Shown here: positions 36,815 to 46,846 of the stretch, piece after piece | Layout of the letters: each line of letters opens with the position of its first letter | Position numbering within the stretch: position 1 is the first letter of the stretch | Made by a program: the position numbers and the translations under genes | From: an uncultured Armatimonadetes bacterium | GTDB taxonomy: Bacteria; Armatimonadota; UBA5829; DTJY01 | Length of the DNA: 64,000 nt | Direction: 5' to 3' | Assembly: GCA_963717145.1 (NCBI GenBank) | Contig: OY970325.1 | Location: 3,872,001 to 3,936,000, forward strand | Notes under the pieces: generated by a model | Databases searched by the model: none | What the model was told of the DNA's origin: nothing | What the model saw: only the letters and a program-made list of their open reading frames with translations

Positions 36815-39800
36815 ATGAAGCACGGCCCAGCACTGGCAGTTCTCGCTGCACTCACTCTTCTCATCTGCACCGTTCCCTGTTCCGCGGGGACTGTGTACGT
36901 CAAGTGGGACTCCCCCGGTCCGACGTTCGACGGCACGTCATGGGACACGGCGTTCCACACGGTCCAGGAAGGCCTCAATGCGTCTGTCTCAGGCGATGAG
37001 GTCTGGGTCGCCCGCGGCACGTATGTCGAGCGCATAACCATGAAAGCCGGAGTAGTCCTATATGGTGGATATTCAGGCTCAGGAACGGCCAGAGACATGG
37101 GCATTTACCTCACCGCTCTCGAAGGCACGGGGGGCTTTCCGGTGATACTGTGTGGCGCAGGGATTACCACTACTACCGTGATCGATGGGTTCACCATCCG
37201 GTACGCGGATACTACCACTGTCACGAACGCCTATGGGATCTCGTGCAACAGCGGCTCACCGACTATCACTAATAACACGATTGTGGGCATGCCAGGTTAC
37301 GGGATATACGTTGCATCCTCCGCTGTCCCAGTGATCGCGAATAACATGATTCTGGGGAATGCCGGGAATGGGATAGGCGGCGGCGCTGGTGCCTCTCCCA
37401 CCATCACGAACAATATTATTGCGGGGAACGGCAATAATGGGATAGTATGCAGCGGCACTTCAACTGTCACGAATAACACAATTACGGGCAACAATAGCTC
37501 AGGAGTATCCTGCTCCTCAGCCTCGGCAACTGTGTCGAACAACATCGTGGCCTTCAACTGCAAGGGAATCACCAGTCTTGGAGGCATTCCTACTCTTTCG
37601 AACAACTGCGTGTACGGCAACACGAGCTACAACTACTCCGGTCTCTCTGCCGGAGTCGGGGATGTCTCGGTCGACCCTCTGCTGGCGGACAAGGCCTATG
37701 CGAATGCTCATCTCCAGCTCAGTTCGCCGTGCATCAATGCCGGCTCGAATGGCGCGCCCGGGCTTCCTTCGACCGACATGGACGGCCAGTCCAGAGTGCA
37801 GGATGGCACAGCGGACATCGGGGCCGAACGAGTGTGATGCCATTACGGTCTGGCCTGCCGGGCCGAATGCCATCGTGCGGGTCAGCCCATCCGGCAATGA
37901 TGCAAACGACGGCTCGTCCTGGGCACTTGCAAAGAAGACTATACAGGCGGGAATCAATGCGGCCAAGGCGCTGCGCGGCGACGTGTGGGTCAAGGTGGGC
38001 ACCTACGAAGAGCCCATCTTCCTGCAGGCGTATGTATACCTCTACGGGGGCTTTGCCGGAACGGAGACATTGAGATCGCAGAGAGATTGGATCGCAAACC
38101 AGACGGTACTGAATGGTGCATCCGTCACCGCGCGGAGGACGGGCTATCGGGCGAGTACGATAGACGGGTTCCTGATTCAGGGCAACAGCGGGGTGTCCTG
38201 CGCCTACTCATCGCCGATTATTGCCAACAACACGATTTCCACGCGAATGTATGGGATAGATTGCGCGAACTCCTCCTCGCCGATCATAGCAGGCAATAAT
38301 ATCTCATGGAACAAGACAACCGGATTGGGCTGCAACGCTTCTTCTCCGACTGTGACCGGCAACACTATAGCATCGAACCCCAATTATGGCATATACTGCC
38401 AGAACTCCTCCGCACCGACCATAGTCAATAATGCGGTGAAGGGGAACGGCAACTGCGGAATATATGCCACAGCCTCGCCCCTCACGGTCACCAATAACAC
38501 TATAACCGGAAACGGCGACGCCGGGATACGGTGTTCCAGCTCTTCATCTGTGATATCGAATAACATACTTGCATTCAACTTTGGGGGGGTATACAAATCC
38601 GGAGGAACTCCTACCCTTCGGAACAACTGCGTGTACGGCAACACGAGCTACGACTACTCCGGCATATTGGCCGGGGCCGGTGATATCTCGGCCGATCCTC
38701 TCTTCGCAAGCGCGGAGTATCCGAGTGTTCACATCCAGCCAGGATCTCCGTGCAGGAACGCGGGCTGGAACGATGCGCCCGGGATTCCACCCATCGACAT
38801 CGACGACCAGCCGAGGATACAGCCGGCGGGCGGAACAGTGGACATAGGGGCGGACGAGTCGGACGGTACGGTCTGGCCCGCCACTCCCGCCATGATCGTG
38901 CGGGTGAGCCCCTCCGGCGACGACGCGAACGACGGGTTGACCTGGGCTTTTGCCAAGTTGACGATACAGGCAGGGATCGAGGCTGTGAAGACTCTTGGTG
39001 GAGACGTTTGGGTGAAAGCGGGCGTCTACAACGAACGCATCACCTTGAAGACCTATGCGCACGTCTTCGGCGGCTTCGCGGGCTCGGAGACGCTGAGGTC
39101 ACAGAGAGACTGGACTGTCGATCAGACAATACTGGATGGCGGGGCCGGGGGGCCGTTGTTACTGCCAGTGGTCTAGGCCAACAGACGAGCACAATCGACG
39201 GGTTCACGATACGCAACGGCCTCGGTTACCAGGGAGCATCCGGGATAGCCCTTGCCCACGCTTCGCCTGCCATCAGGAACAACATCATCACCGCCAACAA
39301 TGGCTTTGGGGTGAGTTGTGCTTCCTCCAACCCCGTTGTCACGGACAACCTCATCGTGGGGAATACCGGTGCCGGGATTGCCTGCTTCGGTGCCTCGCCG
39401 ACCATCACGAATAACACAATCGTGGCGAACACAACGAATGTCTACGGTAGCGGCGGGATATACATGCTGTGTGAATCGTCGCCGGCTATCTCAAACAACA
39501 TCGTGGCATTCAACTCCGCAGGTATGTTGGGCGAATGCTACCCAGTCGACCCAGAGAGTCCTCCTCCTCCCCTTCCCACACCGAAGCTCAGGAGTAACTG
39601 CGTATATGGCAACACCAGCTACGACTACTCCGGCGTCACCGCCGGACCCGGGGATATCTCGGTTGATCCGCTGTTCGTGAACCGGGTCGGCGGCGATTAC
39701 CACCTGAGCCTGCTCTCACCATGCATCAACTCAGGCTTGAACCACTACGTCAGCAGCACATGGCTTGATATGGATAGAGAGCCGAGGGTACTGCCCATCG

Positions 39801-40453
39801 GTGGCACCGTGGACATCGGCGCTGACGAGTACGGCCTGCACACGGTCTACTCGCCGGACGAAGCTAAGGAGTTGCTGTCCGACGGAAGCGAAGTCTATCT
39901 CTCGGCTAACGGTCCGATGATAGTTACGGCCAGGTTCGGCGGCATGCCGGCATACTATGTCGAGCAGTCGAACAAGGCATCGGGAATGCAGTGTCGCGGA
40001 CTCGCGCTGCTGGATCCGGGCCAGAGTGGAATCATGCACGGCACAATGGACACTATCGACGGCGAACGCACGCTAGTGGACGCGTCCGTAGTCACCGGCT
40101 CCCTGTCCACAAGTCCGATCCCCGATCCGCTCAGCATGCCCAACCGGTCCGTTGGTGGCGGGAGTCTGGGGCTGCAGCAAGGCATCGTGGGTGCGGCGGA
40201 TCTGAACAACATCGGCCTCCGGGTATGGAGCACTGGCAAGGTGACCCACACGGACAGCGGCTTCTTCTACATCGACGACGGCTCGGGCATGGACGACGGT
40301 TCAGGGCATCTCGGAGTGAGGGTCACGACCGAGGGGCTGTCGATGCCTGCCTTCGAGTCCTATGTCAAGGTCACCGGCGCGAGTTCGTGCTACAAGCGTG
40401 ACGGCGATCTCTTCCGGCTCATTCGGGCAACCGAGATCACGCCCGTGCCGTGA
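36815..40453 (+). CDS. Large secreted protein with three tandem parallel beta-helix modules and the shared C-terminal domain; two apparent frameshifts (~37827, ~39150)
   Basis: AGGAGG before ATG 36815; three units of DG.SW..A..TIQ.G..VWV..G.Y.E..SPTI.NN.I..SPC.N.G..DIGADE across ORFs 36608, 37578 and 38750. Confidence 0.88.
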
Positions 40454-40483
40454 ACCATCTCGTATCAGGAAGCAGATAGCACA

Positions 40484-40512
40484 AGGGGGCGGAGTCCAAC
40501 TCCGCCCCCAAC
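40484..40512. terminator. GC hairpin between convergent genes (GTTG-type repeat, likely terminator)
   Basis: GGGGGCGGAG-TCCAA-CTCCGCCCCC followed by AACTTT. Confidence 0.65.
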
Positions 40513-40546
40513 TTTATTAGTCCAATCCGTCTGATTCGTGTTTCCC

Positions 40547-41530
40547 CTACCGCTGGATGCGCGATCCCCCGCCCTTGAGGAGGGTCTCGACCTCCTCGAG
40601 CGTCGCCCAGTTCAGGTCGCCGGGGATCGAGTGCTTGAGCGCGGAGAACGCCGTCCCGTAGTCGACGCCCTTCTGAACGTCGCCGGTCAGATAGCCGTAG
40701 ATGAACCCCGCGGTGAACGAGTCGCCGCCGCCGACGCGGTCGATCAGCTCGCAGGGGTACGTCGCGCTCTCGTAGAGCTGCCCGTTCGAGAGGGCAAAGG
40801 CCGACCAGTTGTTCCTCAGCACTGAGAGGTCTTCCCGCAGGGTGATCGCCACCACCTCGAAGCCGAACCGCTCGTTCAGCTTCACCGCGACCTCCTGGTA
40901 GCTGTCCTCCCGGATACCGAAGACGACGCCCGTGTCCTCCTCGGTCGTGATCAGGATGTCGACGAACTCCATCATCGGGACCTGGCACGCGTTGGCCTCC
41001 TCGGGCGTCCAGAGCTTCTTGCGGTAGTTGACGTCGTAGCTGACCTTCGCACCGGCCGCCTTCGCCGCCTTGATCGCCTCGAGAGTCGCCTCCGCGCACG
41101 ACTTGCTGAGCGCCGGGGTGATCCCGCTGACGTGGAAGAGCTTGCAGCCCTCGAACGCCTTCGCCCAATCGACCTCGCCGGGTGCGAGGGTACTGATCGC
41201 CGAGCCCGCGCGGTCATAGAGGACGCTCGATGCCCGCGGGTTCGCGCCGAACTCGAGGAAGTAGATGCCGACGCGGCCGGACTTGCTCCACACGAGGTTC
41301 GACGTATCGACTCCCTGCTCGCGTGCCTTGTTGCGGACCATACGGCCGATCGGGTTCTCCGGGAGCTTGCTGACCCACGCGCTCTCGAGCCCGAGCCGTG
41401 AGACCCCGACCGCGACATTCAGCTCTCCGCCGCCGACCTTTGCGTCGAACGAGTTCGTCTGCTCCAGCCGATGGAAATCCGGCGGCGACAACCGCAGCAT
41501 TGCTTCTCCAAGGGTAACTACCTCAGTCAT
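40547..41530 (-). CDS. kdgK: PfkB sugar kinase, 2-dehydro-3-deoxygluconokinase-like
   Basis: GEAMLRLSP, GGGELNVA, HVSGITPAL, YDVNYRKKLW, DRVGGGDSF; eda lies in the same gene run. Confidence 0.85.
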   Translation of the reverse strand: MTEVVTLGEAMLRLSPPDFHRLEQTNSFDAKVGGGELNVAVGVSRLGLESAWVSKLPENPIGRMVRNKAREQGVDTSNLVWSKSGRVGIYFLEFGANPRASSVLYDRAGSAISTLAPGEVDWAKAFEGCKLFHVSGITPALSKSCAEATLEAIKAAKAAGAKVSYDVNYRKKLWTPEEANACQVPMMEFVDILITTEEDTGVVFGIREDSYQEVAVKLNERFGFEVVAITLREDLSVLRNNWSAFALSNGQLYESATYPCELIDRVGGGDSFTAGFIYGYLTGDVQKGVDYGTAFSALKHSIPGDLNWATLEEVETLLKGGGSRIQR

Positions 41531-41588
41531 TCTCCCCTCCTACTCCTACTCATACTGTGATCCTGCCCCGTTTTCGTGGACAGATCAC

Positions 41589-42458
41589 CTAGGCCGCTCG
41601 TTCGAGAGCGGCCGCCTCGAAATCGGCGGGACTCCGATAGCCGAGGCTCGAGTGGAGTCGCTGTCGATTGTAGAACACTTCGATGTACTCGAAGATATCA
41701 GATCTCGCTTCCTCTCGTGAGGAGTATGTTCGATGATGTATCAGCTCGGCCTTAAGCGTCGCAAAGAAGCTCTCCATCGGGGCGTTGTCATAGCAATCCC
41801 CGGCGCCGCTCATGCTGGCTCGAATTTCGTAGGCTTCGAGAAGCCTACGAAATTCGCCGCTCGCGTACTGACACCCTCGATCCGAATGATGGATGACTTC
41901 ACCGACCGGTCTTCTGTTCTTGTATGCCATCCTGAGCGCCTCACTTGCGAGCACACTCCCAAGCGTCTCTTTCATCGACCAGCCCACTATCTGGCGCGAG
42001 TAAAGATCCATCACCGCCGAAAGATAGAGCCAACCCTCACGGGTATGCACATACGTTATGTCGCTTACCCAGACACTGTTCGGTCTGGCTACCTCGAAGT
42101 TTCTCTTGAGCAGATTCGCCGCCACAGGCTGGTTGTGCCTGGAGTTAGTCGTAACACGGAACTTCCGCTTCTGTCTTGCGCGGATTCCGTTTGCTGTCAT
42201 GAGCCTGGCCACACGGCCTCTGCTGCAGGTCTCACCCGCCTGCCGAAGCCGTATGTGAACCCTCGGGCTACCGTAGGTGTCTCTGCTCTCGGCGTGGACC
42301 TCCCTGATCCGTGTGAGCAGCTTCTCGTTCTTCCTGGCGCGATCGCTTTCGGGACGCCCCTGCCACGCGTAGTAGCCGCTCCGGCTCACACCGAGCACCC
42401 CGCAGATCGTCCCGATCCTGAAGCGACCGTCTTGAGCAGCGATGAAGGCGTACTTCAC
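41589..42458 (-). CDS. IS3 transposase OrfB
   Basis: YGSPRV, WVSDITY, HHSDRGCQY, GDCYDNAPMESFF, YNRQRLHSSLGY. Confidence 0.96.
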   Translation of the reverse strand: MKYAFIAAQDGRFRIGTICGVLGVSRSGYYAWQGRPESDRARKNEKLLTRIREVHAESRDTYGSPRVHIRLRQAGETCSRGRVARLMTANGIRARQKRKFRVTTNSRHNQPVAANLLKRNFEVARPNSVWVSDITYVHTREGWLYLSAVMDLYSRQIVGWSMKETLGSVLASEALRMAYKNRRPVGEVIHHSDRGCQYASGEFRRLLEAYEIRASMSGAGDCYDNAPMESFFATLKAELIHHRTYSSREEARSDIFEYIEVFYNRQRLHSSLGYRSPADFEAAALERAA

Positions 42459-42736
42459 TGCTGCTCCCTCGCAAAGTACGCCGCCGCTTTTTTTAATATG
42501 TCTCTCTCCTCTCGGAGGAGATCGTTCTCCTTGCGGAGACGCTTCACTTCGTCCTCAAGGGACTCTCTCTTCCTGGGATCGATCTCTCCCAGGCTCTCCT
42601 TGTACTTCCTGATCCAGGCGTCCAGGCTGTTGATGTTGACTCCCAGTTCCTTTGCGATCCGAGCTTTGCTCGCCCTGCCGGAAAAAGCCAACTTCACCGC
42701 CTCCGCCTTGAAGCTTTCTGAATACTGCCTCTTCAT
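42455..42736 (-). CDS. IS3 transposase OrfA
   Basis: YSESFKAEAV HTH, ERDILKKAAAYF. Confidence 0.95.
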   Translation of the reverse strand: MKRQYSESFKAEAVKLAFSGRASKARIAKELGVNINSLDAWIRKYKESLGEIDPRKRESLEDEVKRLRKENDLLREERDILKKAAAYFAREQQ

Positions 42737-42806
42737 CTTGGGTCACCTCATCTCTTATTATCCGGTGCCCACTAATTCGAGGCAAGATCACTGTTCGCCG
42801 AGCCGT

Positions 42807-43688
42807 TCACCTCACCGGCGCCTTGAGTTGCTTGACAGTCGCCGGCGGGATGTCCATCAGATAGAGCTTCACGGGCTCGGTATCCTGATGGTATGGCCCA
42901 CTCCACCAATACTGGCTCATATCTGGCGATACCCTCATAGCGTACGTAGAGTCGGGTAACTTTATGCGCCTCGTCCCCATGGTCGACAAGTCGATCATCT
43001 CCGTAATGACTTCACCGGTGTTGGTCAAATACCAGACATGATAGATAGCAATACGCCGAGAAAGGTAGATGAACTTTGCAGAAGCACGAGGATTTGCCAG
43101 CGAGGCTGATGTGAGCATCCGGTCTGTACCGTCCTTCATCAGATAATGATGGTAATGCTCATGCCGGTCTACATAGATAAAGCCGCTGCCGTCGGCACTC
43201 GTTATGACAGCAACGCTTTCATCTCGGATCTTTGCTACTGACAGGTCTGACGGATTGAGAAGATACATGGAACGATTCTCAGTCCGACCGAATAATCGTG
43301 TGAATACTATCTTGTCCGTAGTTAGCCAGTATACGGCCTGTATCTCGTCAGTCGCGGAGAGCACGCATCTTCTTTGACCGCCCTTCAGATCTGCTATATA
43401 CATGCCTTTGCCACGGCATTGAAAGACTACTGCTTTGCTGTCTGGCGAGAGATCAAATCCCTCTGCTTCCGGCAAGCGGTACATCTGACGCTTCCCGGTA
43501 TTCACGTCATAGCGGCAGATACCGGTTTCGCCTCTAAAGTAGTATAGTGCCTGACTATCTCTCGACCAGACAGCGCTAGTGACATTCTTGTCGACGATGA
43601 TCTCGCCAGGGCGAGTTCCTGAACAGCCTGCGGCAAGTAAAGCCGTGATGCATGCCGCGAATAGCATTCCTAGCTGGCGAGCCTTCAT
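42807..43688 (-). CDS. Lipoprotein, probable TolB-like beta-propeller; lower GC than neighbours
   Basis: GGAGGA before ATG 43688; LAAGC lipobox; WSRDS, LSPDS and VSPD blade motifs. Confidence 0.65.
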   Translation of the reverse strand: MKARQLGMLFAACITALLAAGCSGTRPGEIIVDKNVTSAVWSRDSQALYYFRGETGICRYDVNTGKRQMYRLPEAEGFDLSPDSKAVVFQCRGKGMYIADLKGGQRRCVLSATDEIQAVYWLTTDKIVFTRLFGRTENRSMYLLNPSDLSVAKIRDESVAVITSADGSGFIYVDRHEHYHHYLMKDGTDRMLTSASLANPRASAKFIYLSRRIAIYHVWYLTNTGEVITEMIDLSTMGTRRIKLPDSTYAMRVSPDMSQYWWSGPYHQDTEPVKLYLMDIPPATVKQLKAPVR

Positions 43689-43720
43689 GGATTCTCCTCC
43701 TGCGAAAGCCAGGTGCGTTC

Positions 43721-43788
43721 CAGGGCGAAGCATTGGCGACGAACCTGCCAGGTTGGCACAGAGCGAAGGGCCAATGCTTCTCCCCTAC
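43721..43788. repeat. GTAG-type REP pair whose GTAG contains the stop codon of the M55 gene
   Basis: GGGCGAAGCATTGGC ... GCCAATGCTTCTCCCCTAC. Confidence 0.75.
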
Positions 43789-44564
43789 AGCCGCAGGTAT
43801 GCTTCTTCCACCGTATCCGCCGTCGTCTCGACCGTGCGGGCGTCGATCACGCGGATATCCGGTCGGGCGAACCCGTTCGGTACGGTGATCCGCTCGACCA
43901 TCTCCTTGCGGAAGGTCACCGGCCGCTCGATCGGCATCGGCCCGATCGAGCCGATCCGCCCGATCGCCTCGCGAGTCTTCTCCTCGATCAGCTTGTGCGC
44001 CACATCGAGCGAGAGCATCCTCGCGCCCTGGCACGACATCCCGACCTTCACCTGGCAGGTGACGACGCCCGGGATCCAGTCGGAGGCCTCCGCGCACGCC
44101 TTGTCGTCGCCGGAGACCATGATCACCGGCTTCCCGAAGTCGGATGCGACCCCGGCGTCGAGCCCGATCTCGCCGACCTTGCGCCCGTTGAGCCAGTAGT
44201 TCTGCACCGTCTTGGACGACATCGTGTGCTCCAGGAGTGCGCCACGAGTGCCCGCCATGGCATGGTAGCCGAGCAGGATGAGCGCGTCGCACTCATCGAT
44301 CCCCGGCAGCCGTCTCGGAGTCGAGCCCTGGATGACCTCCGCGCGCGGGTCGAGTTCGGCGGTGATGAAGTGGTTGCCCGACCCGTGACCGTCGCGCACG
44401 ATGACGCCGTCAGCGCCCGCGTCGAAGCAGGCTCGGATGCAGGCGTTCGCGTCCCAGGTATAGTAGCGCCGTGCATCCTGATAGAGCTTCCCCTCGGACA
44501 GCACGTGATCGCTGCCCGATATCCCGCTGATGCCTTCCATGTCTACGAAAATGAGTATCTTCAC
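43785..44564 (-). CDS. M55 family metallopeptidase (D-aminopeptidase DppA-like)
   Basis: VDMEGISG, DGHGSG, LGYHAMAG, LEHT, GEIG, SGDD. Confidence 0.92.
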   Translation of the reverse strand: MKILIFVDMEGISGISGSDHVLSEGKLYQDARRYYTWDANACIRACFDAGADGVIVRDGHGSGNHFITAELDPRAEVIQGSTPRRLPGIDECDALILLGYHAMAGTRGALLEHTMSSKTVQNYWLNGRKVGEIGLDAGVASDFGKPVIMVSGDDKACAEASDWIPGVVTCQVKVGMSCQGARMLSLDVAHKLIEEKTREAIGRIGSIGPMPIERPVTFRKEMVERITVPNGFARPDIRVIDARTVETTADTVEEAYLRL

Positions 44565-45214
44565 CTGCTGCTCCTGAACTCCTTGACGATCTCACGGAAC
44601 TTCCGAGCCCGGTCGGTGATCTCACCGAAATCACCGGACGCCATCAGCTTCTTGTCGATCAGAGCGCCGCCGACCCCCAGACAGACCGCGCCGGCTTCGA
44701 GCCACGACCGGGCAGTATTCAGATCGACGCCGCCGGTCGGCATGAACGGTATGTCGGGGAACGGTCCGTGCAGGTCCTTGAAGTAGCTCGGTCCCATCAC
44801 GTTCGCCGGGAATATCTTGATGATATCGCCGCCCGCCTGCCAAGCCGTGATCACCTCGGTCGGAGTGAGCGCGCCCGGAAAGACCGGGACATGTCTCGAC
44901 TTCGCCATCTCGATCGTCGCGAGGTTCGTGCTCGGGCTCACGATGAACTGAGCGCCGGCATCCACCGCACTCGATGCCATCTCGGGTGTCAGGACGGTCC
45001 CCGCGCCGAGGATCACATCGTCGCTCAGCCTCGATGCCAGCGCCTCAATGATCCACAGGGGGTTCGGGACTGTGAATGTCACTTCGATCACGTTCACGCC
45101 GCCCTGAAGTGCGGTTTCGATCGCCTTCAGTATCTGCTCCTCCGATTCGCCGCGCACCACTGCCGCGATCCCGCACTCGAGTATGCCGTCGAGGATATGC
45201 TTCTTGTCCTTCAT
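44561..45214 (-). CDS. eda: KHG/KDPG aldolase
   Basis: AVVRG, IEVTF, GAGTVL, FIVSP, PGALTPTE, KIFP, MPTGGV. Confidence 0.94.
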   Translation of the reverse strand: MKDKKHILDGILECGIAAVVRGESEEQILKAIETALQGGVNVIEVTFTVPNPLWIIEALASRLSDDVILGAGTVLTPEMASSAVDAGAQFIVSPSTNLATIEMAKSRHVPVFPGALTPTEVITAWQAGGDIIKIFPANVMGPSYFKDLHGPFPDIPFMPTGGVDLNTARSWLEAGAVCLGVGGALIDKKLMASGDFGEITDRARKFREIVKEFRSSR

Positions 45215-45275
45215 TGTTCTCCCTCCAAGCCATGGTAAGCGTATCATCCATCCCGCCGATGAGTCAACAAAGCAT

Positions 45276-46751
45276 GTAACAGTTCAGGCTTGTGGATCAT
45301 TTTGCGAGAGCAGTGAGAGTTTTTCCGACATTGTCGGCTTGCAATAGGAAGGACCCTTGGCCGGGCGGGTGGAACATGCCTGTGTGGAAGAGTTCGACGG
45401 TCTGACAAGAGAAGAATTGGTGGGCATTGTCCTGGAGCAGCGGGAGATGATCCAGCGTCTCGTCAAGGAACTGGAGGATCTCAAGGCAAAGCTCTCGGGT
45501 GGCGGCAGTTCCACCCCCATACCTGACTGGGTCAAGCCGAACCGCAAAGAGCGCCGGGCAGCCGAACGAAAGAAGCGCCAGAAGTCGTTCGTTCGCAGGC
45601 GGGAGACCCCCACCCGTGTAGTCGAGCATGCGCACTCGAAGTGTCCGGACTGCGGTCGGGCACTCACGGAGGGCACGGTAAAGAGAGTCCGCCAGGTTAT
45701 TGATATACCGATCGTGCCTGTGGACATAGTCGAGCACAGATTCATCGCCAGAAGATGCGGATACTGTGGCAAGGCGCATGTGCCGAAGGTTGACCTGTCG
45801 AGCCAGGTTGTAGGCAAGCATCGAGTAGGCGTGAACCTGATGAGCCTGATATCGTATCTTTCGACAGTAGGCCGTATGACAAAGCGAACGATACAGGGGT
45901 TGCTGAAGGCTCTGTATCGTCTTCATCTCTCTGTGGGAGAGATAAGCGAGATATTGCACACGGTGGCAGGCTGTGGCAGAGGCGAGATGAAGGGACTTCT
46001 ATCGCTTGTACGCGGAAGTCCATACATAAACGCAGACGAGACGGGCTGGAGAGAGGACGGGCTCAACGGATACATCTGGACCTTCTCCACTAAGAACGTG
46101 CGATACTTCATCTACCGGCGGAGTCGGAGCGGAGAGATACCTAAGGAAACGATAGGCGGCGACTACGAAGGGGTGGTGGTAACGGATTGCTACGCCGGAT
46201 ACAACCCCGTAGTTGCAGACCGTCAGATATGCTGGGCACATCTGGCCAGGGAACTGCACAAACTGAAGGAGAAGAACGCCGATAACCCGGACGTCATATC
46301 ATGGGCGGATGCGGTGAAGGGTGTTTACGATCAGGCAAAGAAGTTCCGGAGCAAGAAGGCGGAGGTTCGCAAGTGGAAGCGAGTGCTCTTCGAGGAAGAG
46401 GTAGAGACGCTCTCAGGTCCGTATGTCGGCTTAGAGGTTCCACAGCAGGTGCTGGCAAAGAGATTGACGGATCGCTTGCATGAGTTGTTCATGTTCGTAG
46501 AGTACCCGGAAGTACCGTCGGACAACAATGGCGCAGAACGAGCGCTGAGGCCGTGTGTGATCGCCCGCAAGGTATGCGGAGGCACACGAAGCGCGAAGGG
46601 TTCCGAGACAAAGATGACGCTCATGAGTCTGTTTGGCACATGGCACGTCCGAGGGCTGGACATGCTCGAGTCCTGCAGGCAACTGCTCGCAGGCAAGTCT
46701 GTCCTCTTCCCCGCCTGATCAAACTCGTTATCCCCAAGCGTGAACTGTTAC
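45276..46751 (+). mobile_element. Single-ORF IS66-family element (copy 2)
   Basis: Ends GTAACAGTTCA ... TGAACTGTTAC; 8-bp duplication CAAAGCAT at 45268-45275 and 46752-46759. Confidence 0.96.
45357..46718 (+). CDS. IS66 family transposase (start possibly GTG 45384)
   Basis: Nearly identical to 6509..7867 from PDWVKPNRK onward. Confidence 0.95.
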   Translation: MAGRVEHACVEEFDGLTREELVGIVLEQREMIQRLVKELEDLKAKLSGGGSSTPIPDWVKPNRKERRAAERKKRQKSFVRRRETPTRVVEHAHSKCPDCGRALTEGTVKRVRQVIDIPIVPVDIVEHRFIARRCGYCGKAHVPKVDLSSQVVGKHRVGVNLMSLISYLSTVGRMTKRTIQGLLKALYRLHLSVGEISEILHTVAGCGRGEMKGLLSLVRGSPYINADETGWREDGLNGYIWTFSTKNVRYFIYRRSRSGEIPKETIGGDYEGVVVTDCYAGYNPVVADRQICWAHLARELHKLKEKNADNPDVISWADAVKGVYDQAKKFRSKKAEVRKWKRVLFEEEVETLSGPYVGLEVPQQVLAKRLTDRLHELFMFVEYPEVPSDNNGAERALRPCVIARKVCGGTRSAKGSETKMTLMSLFGTWHVRGLDMLESCRQLLAGKSVLFPA

Positions 46752-46846
46752 CAAAGCATACCCAAAGAGCGCAAAACGTGCTAGAATGGGGCACGTCTGA
46801 GGCGGCCTCGCCCGCCTCCCACAGAAGTAAGGAGTGACCCATCATC

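Larger units (their letters stand above)
41558..42790 (-). mobile_element. IS3 family element with 3-bp target duplication (CTG)
   Basis: Inverted repeats TGATCCTGCCCCG..GTGG and TGATCTTGCCTCG..GTGG; CTG at 41555-41557 and 42791-42793; A7G slippery site at 42487-42494. Confidence 0.95.

Noticed and set aside
37700-39800. TR/VR-like repeats in the beta-helix gene (AACTGCGTGTACGGCAACACGAGCTAC copies)
   Set aside because: These are ordinary internal domain triplications within one coding region, and no reverse transcriptase is present.
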